From positions 53,446,001-53,510,000 of the forward strand of contig NW_024704743.1 of the NCBI RefSeq assembly GCF_018977255.1: 64,000 nt of DNA, given 5' to 3'. The position numbers and the translations under genes are program-made. This document shows positions 35,438 to 47,700 of the stretch, piece after piece (position 1 is the stretch's first letter; each line of letters begins with the position of its first letter). The notes under the pieces are model-generated. The model was not told the origin of the DNA, searched no databases, and worked only from the letters and a program-made list of their open reading frames with translations. Source of the DNA: Callorhinchus milii (taxonomy: Eukaryota).

Positions 35438-38187
35438 TTTGGGACATCTCTTAAGACGTGTTAAGGTGCTATATCAAATGCAAGGATTATTATATTACTT
35501 CCAAAAGGCATTTGATAAAAGAACATGAGATTCCTTGACAAATTGACATAATTGCTATCAATCTCATCAGACATTGGAATCAAAATTGGCTGAAGGGAAT
35601 CAAAGATTAGTTATTAGGAAGACTAGAAACAGGACAAAATGGGAGAGGGAGGTAATTATGTGGGATCCTTAAGGAATCTGTACTGAGCTGAATTTGGTAG
35701 AACACTTTACAAGCCAGTCCCTCAACTCCAGAATTCATTCCATGTGATTTTTTTTTTTGCATCAACAAGCTCTGCAATCAATATCCAGTAGTACCCAGAT
35801 CCATAAACACTTCAAATGTATTCTTAAAATCTGTTTTCAACCATCATCAGTCAGTTACTATAAATGCAAAAAAATCGTTAAAAGAAAGTTACCAGACAAA
35901 ATAAGGAATGGACACCACTTTTTAATTGTAGATACACCATGATGTAAAATGTAGCTCATTAATCACAACAGTAACTGAAACAAAATGTATTGATTACTTC
36001 TTTGCATATACTATAGCCATTGAAGACCATGACAGTAATCCACTGATGACCATGGTCACTCATTGCAAATTGTCTTACACTGATCAGCATAATACACAAT
36101 GTTCTATATTTGTGATCCTAGAATCCATAAATATTCTCAAAATTTAACCGTACTCTGAGCTTGGAGAATGCACAAACTCAGCCTTGTAGACTTTTGTGAA
36201 CTAATTTCACTATAGTACTTAAAACATGAGAAAGAAACTAAAAATTGTTTGCCCAGTTTAATTCTCAAAATACACTCAGAATGCAGGAAACATTGTAACT
36301 TTCAACCACCTTAGTTGCTTATCATATTAATTATGACGAATAAGATGGACCAAACTAGACAGGAAAGCATGATCTCTCTCATTTGCCCTCCCTCTCACAC
36401 ACACACAAGCTGAGTGCTGGATGGACGTATCAGAAAAGAACAAGACATGCATGGACAAAATATTTTTATTAATAGATTGAGAAATAGACAAGAATTGGCA
36501 AGATAGTACATCAAGGTTGAAAAAGAGAGTTCAAATCAAGTGGCTGGATTATATCAAGATTGTAGATTGCAGTAAGACGCAGACTGGGGAAGGTAAGGAG
36601 TTAAGGCTTGAAGTCTGAGGAAAGAATTAAGTAGGAGACATTTCAACACTTCTCAGACAACAAAACTTTTCTTAGTCTGTGTCGAGGAATGGGAGGAAAG
36701 GGTTAAAAAGAGCCTTCCAAGATATGTAAGCAGTGTTCTCATTTTGGACAGACTTTGGCTTTATAGCAAGCTAAGAGTTGTTGGAAAATAAATGTTAAGC
36801 ATTCAGTAGGAAAGCAAGCTTCTTGAAAGTAGCATTAGCAATACAAGGAGATGAATATTCCACTTGAGACCAAAGGAGAAAGAGAAGCCCAGATTAATAA
36901 TGGAGCACAAGTAGTAGTTGCTAGTTAGTTCTATAATAAAGTTGTGTCAAAGGGTCTATTTGTTTCCAGAAGTCGGTTCTGTCCTGTTTAAATAACTTTA
37001 CCATTTCTTTCTATTCTCTCTTCTGAAAATAGAGTGAATCACCATTCTCTGTCTAAAAACCATTGTCACACCACTCAATGACCACCATGCTCAACTCCCT
37101 CCTCCCCCATGCTTGACGTTTAGCACCTCTGCCGAGAAGCAACTCTCTCTCATCTTTGTATTGAGCAAGTCATTACCATGACTCGTCCGCATATATTGAA
37201 TATGACAAAGTATATATATTATATATTAAAAAGCAAGTAAGCTTCACTTATTATTTACTAGGATACAAGTAATAAAAGCAAGTTTAAAATATTTAGTACT
37301 TGAATGTAGAACAGCCTGCAGAGTACTCAGACCTCCTGACCAGTAGCAAAAACATTTATTCAAGAATGCATATCTGCAATTTATATCTTGCTAATTGCAA
37401 ATATACAATTCTATTTGTCAACATACTTTGGCTAATAAAACAATCCTTCACAGTTGACTATTTCACTTTTTTCCTAACTATATTTTGTATTGGTTTGCTT
37501 AATCACTTTGCATAGACCTTCAAAGCTTATGCCTCTTAACCTGCACTTGCTACGTTCTCCTGTGCTAACCTTTGCAAAACACATTTGATACGAAAAGTTT
37601 ATTCAATACCTGGGCTGTGCTGAGCTAGCTGGTTTTTAACTACGGTGGAACGAGGCCAATAATTGGCTTCAACATCCATGGGGTTTGGGAGAGAAAAGGT
37701 GCCATGTCAATCCAGGCCACTTTATCAGTTAGGGACCAATGACAGAGTGCAGGCAAACCTTACATCCTTGCAAATAAATCTGAATATTCTTCATAATGAA
37801 TAGCTTCAGGTTACAAGAACACCCTTATCTTAAACCCTCTTACTAAAATGCATAGTTTTTCCAGCTGTGTTGGGTCTGGAAGATGGGAGATAAAAGGACA
37901 CATCTGCCTCAGACTGATGATTATCAACTTCTATTCAGAACAACATGGAAGAGATAAGCATCTGTGAAGTCTATAGGGAAAAGGAAATCAAAACAAGCAT
38001 CTCTATGAAATTGCAGCCACATTAAATCCCCAATTTTGATGGAAACAAAAATCGAAGGCAAATTCAGAAAATGATTGCGGTCACCATTGTCACTATAATT
38101 GGTATTACAGAAAATGACTGAGTGTGCACTCAGTGAAGGGTTACCGCAGCCAAGCATGGCAAGCAAATGCCTCAAGTGTGTCAAGAT

Positions 38188-38744
38188 TTACACATTCAGC
38201 AGCTCAATGGGTGGAGGCCATAAAGGTATTCTTCCCAGGGTGAACCTCTTTGCTTCAAACTCTCGTAGATCATCTGCTGAGAGTTCAGACCGAGGTGTGT
38301 ACAATTTACCATGCCCATTGACAGAACTACTGCTCAATGGTGTGCTTTGGGGCTGACATACAGTGGAGGATAGTGTGGCTGGCTCCAAGGTTCCAAACCC
38401 ATTTGTTGTTGCCTTTTCGGGTTTCTCCAGTTTCGAAGAGAATGTACATGCAGTTGGGTTCCCAAAACTGCTGCTTCCAAACGGAGCTGAACTTCCAAAC
38501 ACAGAAGATGGAGCTGCACCAGGTGCAGTAGTACAAAATATGGAAGTGACTGGAGCTGGTGTGGGGCTCGCTCCAAACACACTCGTGTTTCCGAACACTG
38601 AGGAAGCTGCCTTAGCTCCAAATGATGATGGAGCAGGAGAGGAGGACGCAGGGTTTCCAAAGCAAGAGGATGTTGTGGGATCTGCCAGTCCAGCACTGGG
38701 CCTGAAGCTGAACGTGTTGCTATTTGCTGGACTTGAGCCAAAAC
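38188..38744 (-). CDS. NUP42: NUP42 exon 7 (FG repeats and Gle1-binding motif)
   Basis: ctaaag|GFGSSP...multiple FG dipeptides...[38 protein letters not shown]. Confidence 0.95.
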
Positions 38745-41700
38745 CTTTAGAGATAAACAAATCAGAGTAAGGGAATCAAACAAAGAATATAATAAATAAT
38801 CTTTGCATTTGACATAGTTCCTTATCATCGTCGTTGAGACATCTCAAAGTGCTTTACAGAAAAATAAAACATTATATAAAATATGCAAAATGTATATGGC
38901 AGCCAATTGCGCACAGCAATTGAAAAAACCCCACAAATGTTGAAAGTCTAAAATAAAAGCAGGAAATGCGCAACAAGGTCCATCAGTGTTGAAAACAAAA
39001 TTTGCCCAGTTCTGATCATGCCACATCTGCAGGGTAAAGCCCAAGGAAGACATGTTGTTATGAGCAGAACTTTCAAACTTAAGTACATAAAGCTCAAAAA
39101 TATTTACTTAAAATCTATTCATCTTGCTTCAAAGTTCACAGAAAATCATCCCACTCGACTCTTGTTAACCTTGCAAGCCAACTGGGTAGGGTGGTTCCTA
39201 GCTGGAAAAGCAGTGAGAAGCTTGCCAGACAGTGTTCACCAAGGAATATTATTTAGTTTTAGTTGCTTAGACTCCAGCAGTACCCCAACACAAACTAGTG
39301 TCCCCAAGCCTGACCTTTGCAAACCTGCAGCTAATACTCTCCTCCAGAATTAGGTAAGCAGGGTCTGTCCTCCAGGGAAAGAGTGAGCATTCCATCACAG
39401 AAAAGGGTAAATTTCCATGTTTAGGTAGCATTCATATGTTGACCTCAGTCATGTTTGAATAATCTAGAGCACGGTAACAGGTTTCCATATGTGTCAAGAC
39501 ACCCAGCTGAACAAAAAAAATCAAAAAGAATCCTCAATCCGAACCTCAGTACACCTGACTAAACTACTGCTAGTGCGGTAGTATCTGGCTCCCACAGTTG
39601 TCTGTGGATTCTCAGCATGAGATTAACAATCATCACTGAAGTAAGGCCAGTTGCTGTTAGCGAACGTCCATTAATAACTGGCTTCTCAGGACCATAATCA
39701 ATGCAGCAAACATTTCTCTCATCAGCCTGAACTTGACTTGAACCCAGGTCCCTGAAGTGAAAGAATAGTCTAACCAGGGATCCCCTCCCAATCACTACCC
39801 AATTAACTCCTTTGGAAAATTCAAGTCAGGGGGTTTCTTCCACATGCAACTCCTCATGGGAATAGAACACTGGAGACTCACCTGAGGAGCCAAAGGATGA
39901 CACTTGCGCTCCACCAAAACCTAACGAAGGTTTCTTCTGGTTGGGCCTTTTCAGTTCTTCTAACTGATCAAAGAAAGGAGATAATGAATATGTGGTTAGG
40001 ATAGAAAATAAAGCAGTTTTATTTAAATAAAAATAATGGACACCACTTGCACTGTACTAGAGAACTAAACAGGACATCATATCCACTCCACCATCCAGTA
40101 TTATATAGACAGCTGTCTTATTTATGTCCTGACAATTGACAGAAATCAGTAACAGGTGGGGATTAGTAAGTTGGTGTCCTACTTGTACTGTAGGCGGCTT
40201 CATATAGGTTCTGTTGAAGGTGAATATTGGCTGTATAGGTACTTTGTGAAATACATTTTGGAGTCTGAACTCAGCTTCTAGTGGACGCAGGAGATAGTCG
40301 ATGTGAAGTGAAAAATCTACATAATAATAATAATCATCCATGCCTTTGCTATAGCAACATCTTAAATGGTTTCATAAAAGACTCTGATTGAATGAGTAAT
40401 TAATCTGGAAGTCTCTTTGGCTGGATACTGGGAGAAACTTTTTTTCAAAAACATCAGGCGAACAGACAGAATCCTTGATTTACCATCTCATTCAAAGGAT
40501 GGCACCTTCAATGCAGCACCCCCCCAGCATTGCACTGGAGTATTAGCAGACTTGAACCCGGAACGCTTGAAACCACTGAAAATGTTCTGAGAAACTACCA
40601 ACTGAGCTAGGTTGATTCCTGGTGCAGCTAGGGAACTTTTCTTAAAGATGAGAGACATTGCTGGGGGAGGTATGCTGTATCTGGCCAGGCCAGGGGATGC
40701 GTTTCCTCAAACAAGCGTCAGATTTAAAATGTTCCATTATCAAGCTCTGACATCGTCTTCTTAGTGCTCAAATGTGCCCTCTCTCTTCCCTCACAGAAAA
40801 TATTCTGGGAGGGAATATTCTTGTCAAAAATCACCACAAACTAAGATGCAATTTAGTGCCTTCTCCTTGTGCTTTATTATATTGAATCTAAACACACAAA
40901 TAGTGAATAAGATCAGTGTCCAACCACATGAAATGTTAAAATGCCTCTCGTGTCTAGATTAAATCACTGTTCATTATACTTCGGAAACTATTTAGCTTCA
41001 TCAGCTAAATGGAAGTGAGCCTTCAAAGCCCTCTGTAGCTTACCAGCATTGATCTTGTGGATGGATTTGGCTTCTTCAGTTCAGCCATTTTGCTCCGCTG
41101 TAGATTTGATAATTGTGCAATGGAATCGACCTACATAAAAACACAGCAGAACTGAAGATTTGTTTGTTACCCCAGGACATTAATCAACTGCAAATTGCAG
41201 AGCATCCATCATCTATAATGGAATGTTTATAAAATTACACTGATCCAGTGAACACTAGTCAAACAGTAACCACTGCCATTTATTTTCTTGCGTTTTTGCC
41301 TGTATTTGAGACAACCTCTGTGCTCAAGGAAAGAAAACTGAACTGTAGTGAAATCCCCTTCTGCTGTTGTAAAATTGGTCATTGAAAATTGATTGAAAAA
41401 CAGAAATTTCCCTCCGACAAATGATAGCAACATAGTCACTGTTGTTTTATCCCCATTCTGCTACTTCCATTGTAAACCGTAAGTACATTATAAACCATCC
41501 CTGTTGTTATCTCCTTATTCAAGAATTTATTATGATCTTACAATATTTAACCACAATGTTCCATCAAAGTGCAACGAACATAGTGACACAGAGCACGAGT
41601 TCTTAAATGCAGAAGATCAAACAAAGATAATATGGACAATAACAACAATTGACATTTATATAGTGTATTCATGTCATGCGGTTCAAAGGACTTCACACAG

Positions 41701-44700
41701 CAGACTGGAAGCCCAAGCTCGTGTGGGGGGCGGGGGGAGGGCAGGTGGAGGTTGGTTGGTGGAAAACTGCCAAAACAGTGGTTGAAAAGATAGGTCTTGA
41801 GATAATGATAATAATCCTTGCATTTGATATAGCGCCTTCTCACATCGCTTCACAGAATATACTGTAAAGTGACTTGACGGTATATTTTGTGGGCAAAACA
41901 CAGCAGCCAATTGAGCACAGCAGTGTCCCACAAACAGTCAGGGATCGAAGTGGCCAATTTAAAAAAAAATTGAAGGCAGGGAGGGACGGAAAAGGTGAAG
42001 GGACTTTGACTCTCAATGGAATTCTAGAGCGAATGATTGAAGGCTTGTGTACCAATGCCCAAGTGTACTTAAGCAAATACTCCCAAATATTCACCCACAT
42101 TGCTAGTATGCAACCCTGGCCGATCATGAGCTGTGACCTACAATGTATTTCAGTTACGCAGTTTTTTTTTTTCTGCAGTTACACCTGGTGGCCACCAAGT
42201 CAAATGGGGCACTGCGCACCGTGCGTCACAGAGCAACATACCTATCCAGGTAAGCACTGCGGTTACACCTGGTGGCTGAGCCGACTAACCGTGGTGACTA
42301 ACCGTGGTGACTAACCGTGGTGACTAACCGTGGTGCTGTGACATCCTACGTCACAGAGCGCGCACGCAGCCAAGCGGCGGGAACAAAACAAAGAACACAG
42401 ACGAAGCTGAGCCCCGACAACCACCGCAACATGACATTGTTATAGCGCTTTTTACGTTGAGAGGACGTCCCAGTGATTATAGATTATACATTTATATCTA
42501 TCATTATAAAGATGCCTCGAGCGAAAATCAAACCTTTTAAGGATAAGTCAGTGCATCTGTCTATGTGTCAATTTACATTCCATGTTGAATCTTTTGGTTG
42601 CAAGCGAAGCTGTAATGGTCACAGCTAGTGTTCTATAAATACAATAGAAAGGTCCCTTAATGACTTAAAAATAACAATTCTTACATAATTTTGTACGTGG
42701 CCTCCAGTCCTGGTATTATAGTACTCCAGACGTAATTCTTCAGGGGAGAATTCAGCAAGACCTAGAGTGGAGGAAAAAAAACATCTTTTTGTACTCCATA
42801 GTTTGATATGGACCCTACCCATCCTCCCTTACACACCTTCGTACCCGTTTCCCCACCCTCTGTCACCAAACTCTTCCTGTCCTTGAAACCCACCACCTGC
42901 TCCCTGGACCCCATCCCCACTCCACTCCTTATCTCCCAGCTCCACCTCCTCGCCCCACTTCTCAAAGACATCATCAACCTGTCCCTCTCCTCTGGCTCTG
43001 TTCCCATTCCCCTCAAAACTGCCACAATCACTCCCACATTGAAAAAACCCTCCCTTGATGCGTCGCAGCTATCAAGCTACCGGCCCATCTCCAACCTCCC
43101 CTTCCTGTCCAAGGTTCTAGAAAGAGTGGTCGCCTCCCAGCTGCGCTCTTTCCTCTCCACCCACTCACTTTTCGAACCCTTCCCGTCGGGTTTCCGTGCT
43201 GCCCATAGCACGGAAACCGCCCTGGTCAAGGTCACCAATGACATCTTGACCATCTACGACCAGGGATCCCTCTGCCTCCTCGTCCTATCGGCCGCATTCA
43301 ATACGGTCGACCACTCTATCCTCCTCCACCGCTTGTCCTCCCACCTCAACCTTCAAGGCCCTGTCCTTGAGTGGTTTAGGTCGTACCTCTCCCACCGTCT
43401 TCATTTTGTCTCTGCAAACGGCTTTTCCTCCGGCCCCCACACTGAATCATGTGGCGTCCCTCAGGGCTCTGTCCTCGGTCCCCTCCTCTTCACCCTCTAT
43501 ATGCTCCCCCTTGGTGACATCATCCGCAGACATGGGGTTAACTTCCACATGTATGCGGATGACACCCAACTCTACCTTTCCTCCTCTACCCTCAACTCCA
43601 CGACCACCGATGTCCTGACAGCTGCCTGTCCGACATCGAGTCCTGGACGAGAGACAACTTTCTTCAGCTCAACGTGCGCAAAACTGAGGCCCTCCTGATT
43701 GGCTCACGTCAGCGCCTCCGCACCTCAGGCGCTGACACCATCAGCATCCAAGGCTGCACTCTCCACCTCTCAAAGCCAGTCAGGAACCTCGGGTTCTGTT
43801 CGACCCTGAGCTGTCCTTTCTCCCTCATATCCGCGCCACAACTGGCACCGCCTTCCATCACCTCCGGAACATCGCCAGACTACGGCACTACCTCACCCCT
43901 CACGCTGCTGAAACTCTGGTCCACGCCTTTATCACCTCAAGGCTGGACTATGGGAACTCTCTCCTCGCCGGCCTTCCCGCACCTCCCTCCACAAGCTGCA
44001 GGTCATTCAGAACTCTGCAGCTCGTGTACTGTCCCGCACCAGGCTTCGGACCACATCACTCCCACCCTCGCTCGCCTCCACTGGCTCCCCATCCCCCAGA
44101 GGATCGAATTCAAGATCCTCATCCTCACCTACAAGGCCATTCACGGCCTTGCTCCCTCCTACCTCTCCAACCTACTATCCCCCTACCTACCTGCCCGTAC
44201 CCTCCGTTCCTCTGGCTCCGGTCTGCTCCACATCCCCCGCCCCAACCGCCCTACCATCGGTGGCCGGGCCTTCAGCCTCTCAGCCCCGAGGCTCTGGAAC
44301 TCCATCCCCCAGTGCCTTCGCCGCCTCCTCCCTTTCCTCCTTCAAGGCCGGTCTCAAGACCTTTCTCTTCAACTGTGCCTTCAGCTCCCCTCTCAACTCT
44401 CTACCCCATCCTCGCTCCCTCCCTCCCCTCACCCTGACCATTTCCCCCCTGCTCAGGTCCCAACCCAACTGTCCAGCGCCTTGGGACGTCCTCCCGACAT
44501 GAAAGGTGCTCTATAAATGCAATCTTGTTGTTGTTGATAAACAATAAACTTACATTTACAAAGATCACATTAATTGTTAAATAATACTTTTGAACTGTTT
44601 AACACAAAATATTTCAGAAACACTGCACTGAATCTACTGCATGTGCCAACCTAGGAATTCTGACCAAAAGCGTGATTGAAAAGAAAGGTCTTAAGGCAGA

Positions 44701-47700
44701 CTTTAAAGGGGGGAGGGGAGGAGGAAGGGCCAAGACAGAGGGGCTCCAAGATTAATTTTTTGGAGTTCTAGAGAGCAAGGCCGGAATGGCTGAAAGCCAT
44801 CTCTGTGATGGAGGGGTGGGTCAGATCGGGCACAATACATGAAGCAGGTCAATGTTAGCTGAGTGAAGGGAGCACCTGAGGCAGTAGAGTCTCAGATCTC
44901 AGAGGTAGTTTGTGGGGAATTCCATGGTGGGATTTGAACACAAGGACAGGATCTTGATTTATCTGCTGGCAAAATGGAGCTGAGCGAGGATGGAGGTGAT
45001 AGGCTTGTATGGCCTGGTACAGGAGAGGACACGAGCTGCAGCGTTTTGGATGGTCTGCAGCTTGTATATCGGAGAGCTGGGGAGTCTGGTGAGCAGGACA
45101 TTTGAATAGTTGATGAACCCGTGAATAAAAGGGAAACATTGGGAAAATCTGAATAAAGTGGAATAAAAGAAGCGAAGATACAATCAACACAAGAAGTTTT
45201 ACCTGAAATACAAGCATATTCCTTGGCAAAGGAATAACAGGAGAACAGCCATTGTCCAGAGCTTTCCCATATTTCAATGTCTTTTCGAAACAATTCCCTG
45301 TAAATAAATTTGAAACAGCAAAGTATATTATTTACACAAAATATACTTGGCAACAGTTATTCAGTAGAAGACTCCATCATTTCTCACTTTCACTTCTGTG
45401 TACCAGCAATGCCCTGATAACTTGGAAATGTGCCATTATTTACAGCAGGAAGGCTGCTAGTCAGCACTATCTATATAATACAGGAAAGCCTCATTGTAAC
45501 ACCACTCTACCCAGTGTTACTGCGACACTGGAGAGAGTGGTGTTATAATGAGGTCCTCCTGTATTATTCAACATTCAGTGAAAACCTGTTCAAATCCAAA
45601 TTTAAATCACCAGCGAAACTAACTCAAAGAAAGTGTTCATTTTACAATAACCAGTAAAAGCATGCAGTGAATTGGAAGGGTGGTTCGAGCTTGACAAGAC
45701 ATGTGAAGATTGCTAGATTATACTCTCAATGGCAAGCTGTGCGATTTTAGCTGTTAGAACTCCAACAGTACCAACACACACTCAGGAGTTTCCAAGCCTT
45801 GGCTCGCAATACTAGTATCAGGTAAGCAGAGTGCAAGAATCCAGGAGAGAATGCACATTTTGTACACAGGGAAATTTCAATGTGTAGGTGGTATACAAAC
45901 GTGGAACTCTCAGTCTAGTTTGCACACTCTTAAGCACAGGGATGGGCTTCCACAAACGTCGAGACATCTGGCTGAGCAAATGATCAAAATCATAGGGCAG
46001 GCTTACAGGTATCAGCACCATCTTTCCCAACAGCTGTCTTGAAAAAATGAAGCAGTATAAAGTTTAAACACTGGCTCTTACAATACATTTTCTGTCTCAT
46101 CTGCTTGATTGGTGTTCGACAGAGTCGTAAATCTGTTCTGAATGAAGTTTCCGGAACTTGAAAATTCTTTCTTCCCAGCATCTTGATACCCAAACCCTCT
46201 TCGGTCGTCTTCCCTGCCACCTTTTACCCATGTTGTGTTTCTGGAGAAGTTAGAGGGCTGAATATAACTAGATTGAGGTTTCTGGAACTGATTTCCCCAG
46301 CTTCCCCTGTTACTATTGTAACCTGTGAACAGAAGGGAAAAGTGAAATGTTGAACTGTATTTAACCATCGAGCATCAACATGGATATGCTTGCAGAAAAA
46401 CACGGGGAAGTCAAGAGTTTACCAGTAGAGCTTTGGTTGTGTAGGATTAATACTAAATTGTCACCAGCTCCTTGCTGGTCTCTCTCCCACAGCTGCTGCT
46501 CTCTCTCTCTCTGTCACCTGCTGGCTGCTGCTCCTTGGGCCCCTCTCTCTCTATGCTGCCCTCTTACTTACTCCCTTTCTCTCACCTGCTGGCTGCTGCT
46601 CTCTGGGTTGCTGGCTGTGGGGTGGGGGGTGCTGGCTGTGGGGTGGGGGGTGCTGGCTGTGGGGTGGGGGGTGCTGGCTGTGGGGTGGGGGTGCTGGCTG
46701 TGGGGTGGGGGGTGCTGGCTGTGGGGTGGGGGGTGCTGGCTGTGGGGTGGGGGGTGCTGGCTGTGGGGTGGGGGGTGCTGGCTGTGGGGTGGGGGGTGCT
46801 GGCTGTGGGGTGGGGGTGCTGGCTGTGGGGTGGGGGGTGCTGGCTGTGGGGTGGGGTGGGGGGTGCTGGCTGTGGGGTGGGGTGGGGGTGCTGGCTGTGG
46901 GGGTGGGGTGGGGGGTGCTGGCTGTGGGGTGGGGTGGGGGGTGCTGGCTGTGGGTGGGGGTGGGGGTGGGGGGTGCTGGCTGTGGGGTGGGATGGGGGTG
47001 GGGGGTGCTGGCTGTGGGGTGGGATGGGGTGGGGGGTGCTGGCTGTGGGGTGGGATGGGGTGGGGGGTGCTGGCTGTGGGGTGGGATGGGGGTGGGGGGT
47101 GCTGGCTGTGGGGTGGGATGGGGGGGGGTGCTGGCTGTGGGGTGGGTGGGGGGGTGCTGGCTGTGGGGTGGGTGGGGGGTGCTGGCTGTGGGGGGTGCTG
47201 GCTGTGGGGGTGCTGGCTGTGGGCTGGGGTGCTGGCTGTGGGGTGCTGGCTGTGGGGTGGGGTGGGGGGTGCTGGCTGTGGGGTGGGGTGGGGGGTGCTG
47301 GCTGGTGGGGGTGGGGGTGGGGGGTGCTGGCTGTGGGGTGGGGTGGGGGGTGCTGGCTGTGGGGTGGGGGGTGCTGGCTGTGGGGTGGGGGGTGCTGGCT
47401 GTGGGGTGGGGGTGCTGGCTGGGGTGGGGGTGCTGGCTGTGGGGTGGGGTGGGGGGTGCTGGCTGTGGGGTGGGGTGGGGGGTGCTGGCTGGGGGTGGGG
47501 TGGTGGGGTGCTGGCTGGGGGGTGGGTGGGGGTGGGGTGCTGGCTGTGGGGTGGGGTGGGGGGTGCTGGCTGTGGGGTGGGGGGGTGCTGGCTGTGGGGT
47601 GGGGTGGGGGTGCTGGCTGTGGGTGGGTGGGGGGTGCTGGCTGTGGGTGGGGGGTGCTGGCTGTGGGGTGGGGTGGGGGTGCTGGCTGTGGGGTGGGTGG

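Noticed and set aside
42808..44516. Active autonomous retrotransposon or domesticated RT gene
   Set aside because: 5'-truncated (no endonuclease) and frameshifted; a dead L2 copy.
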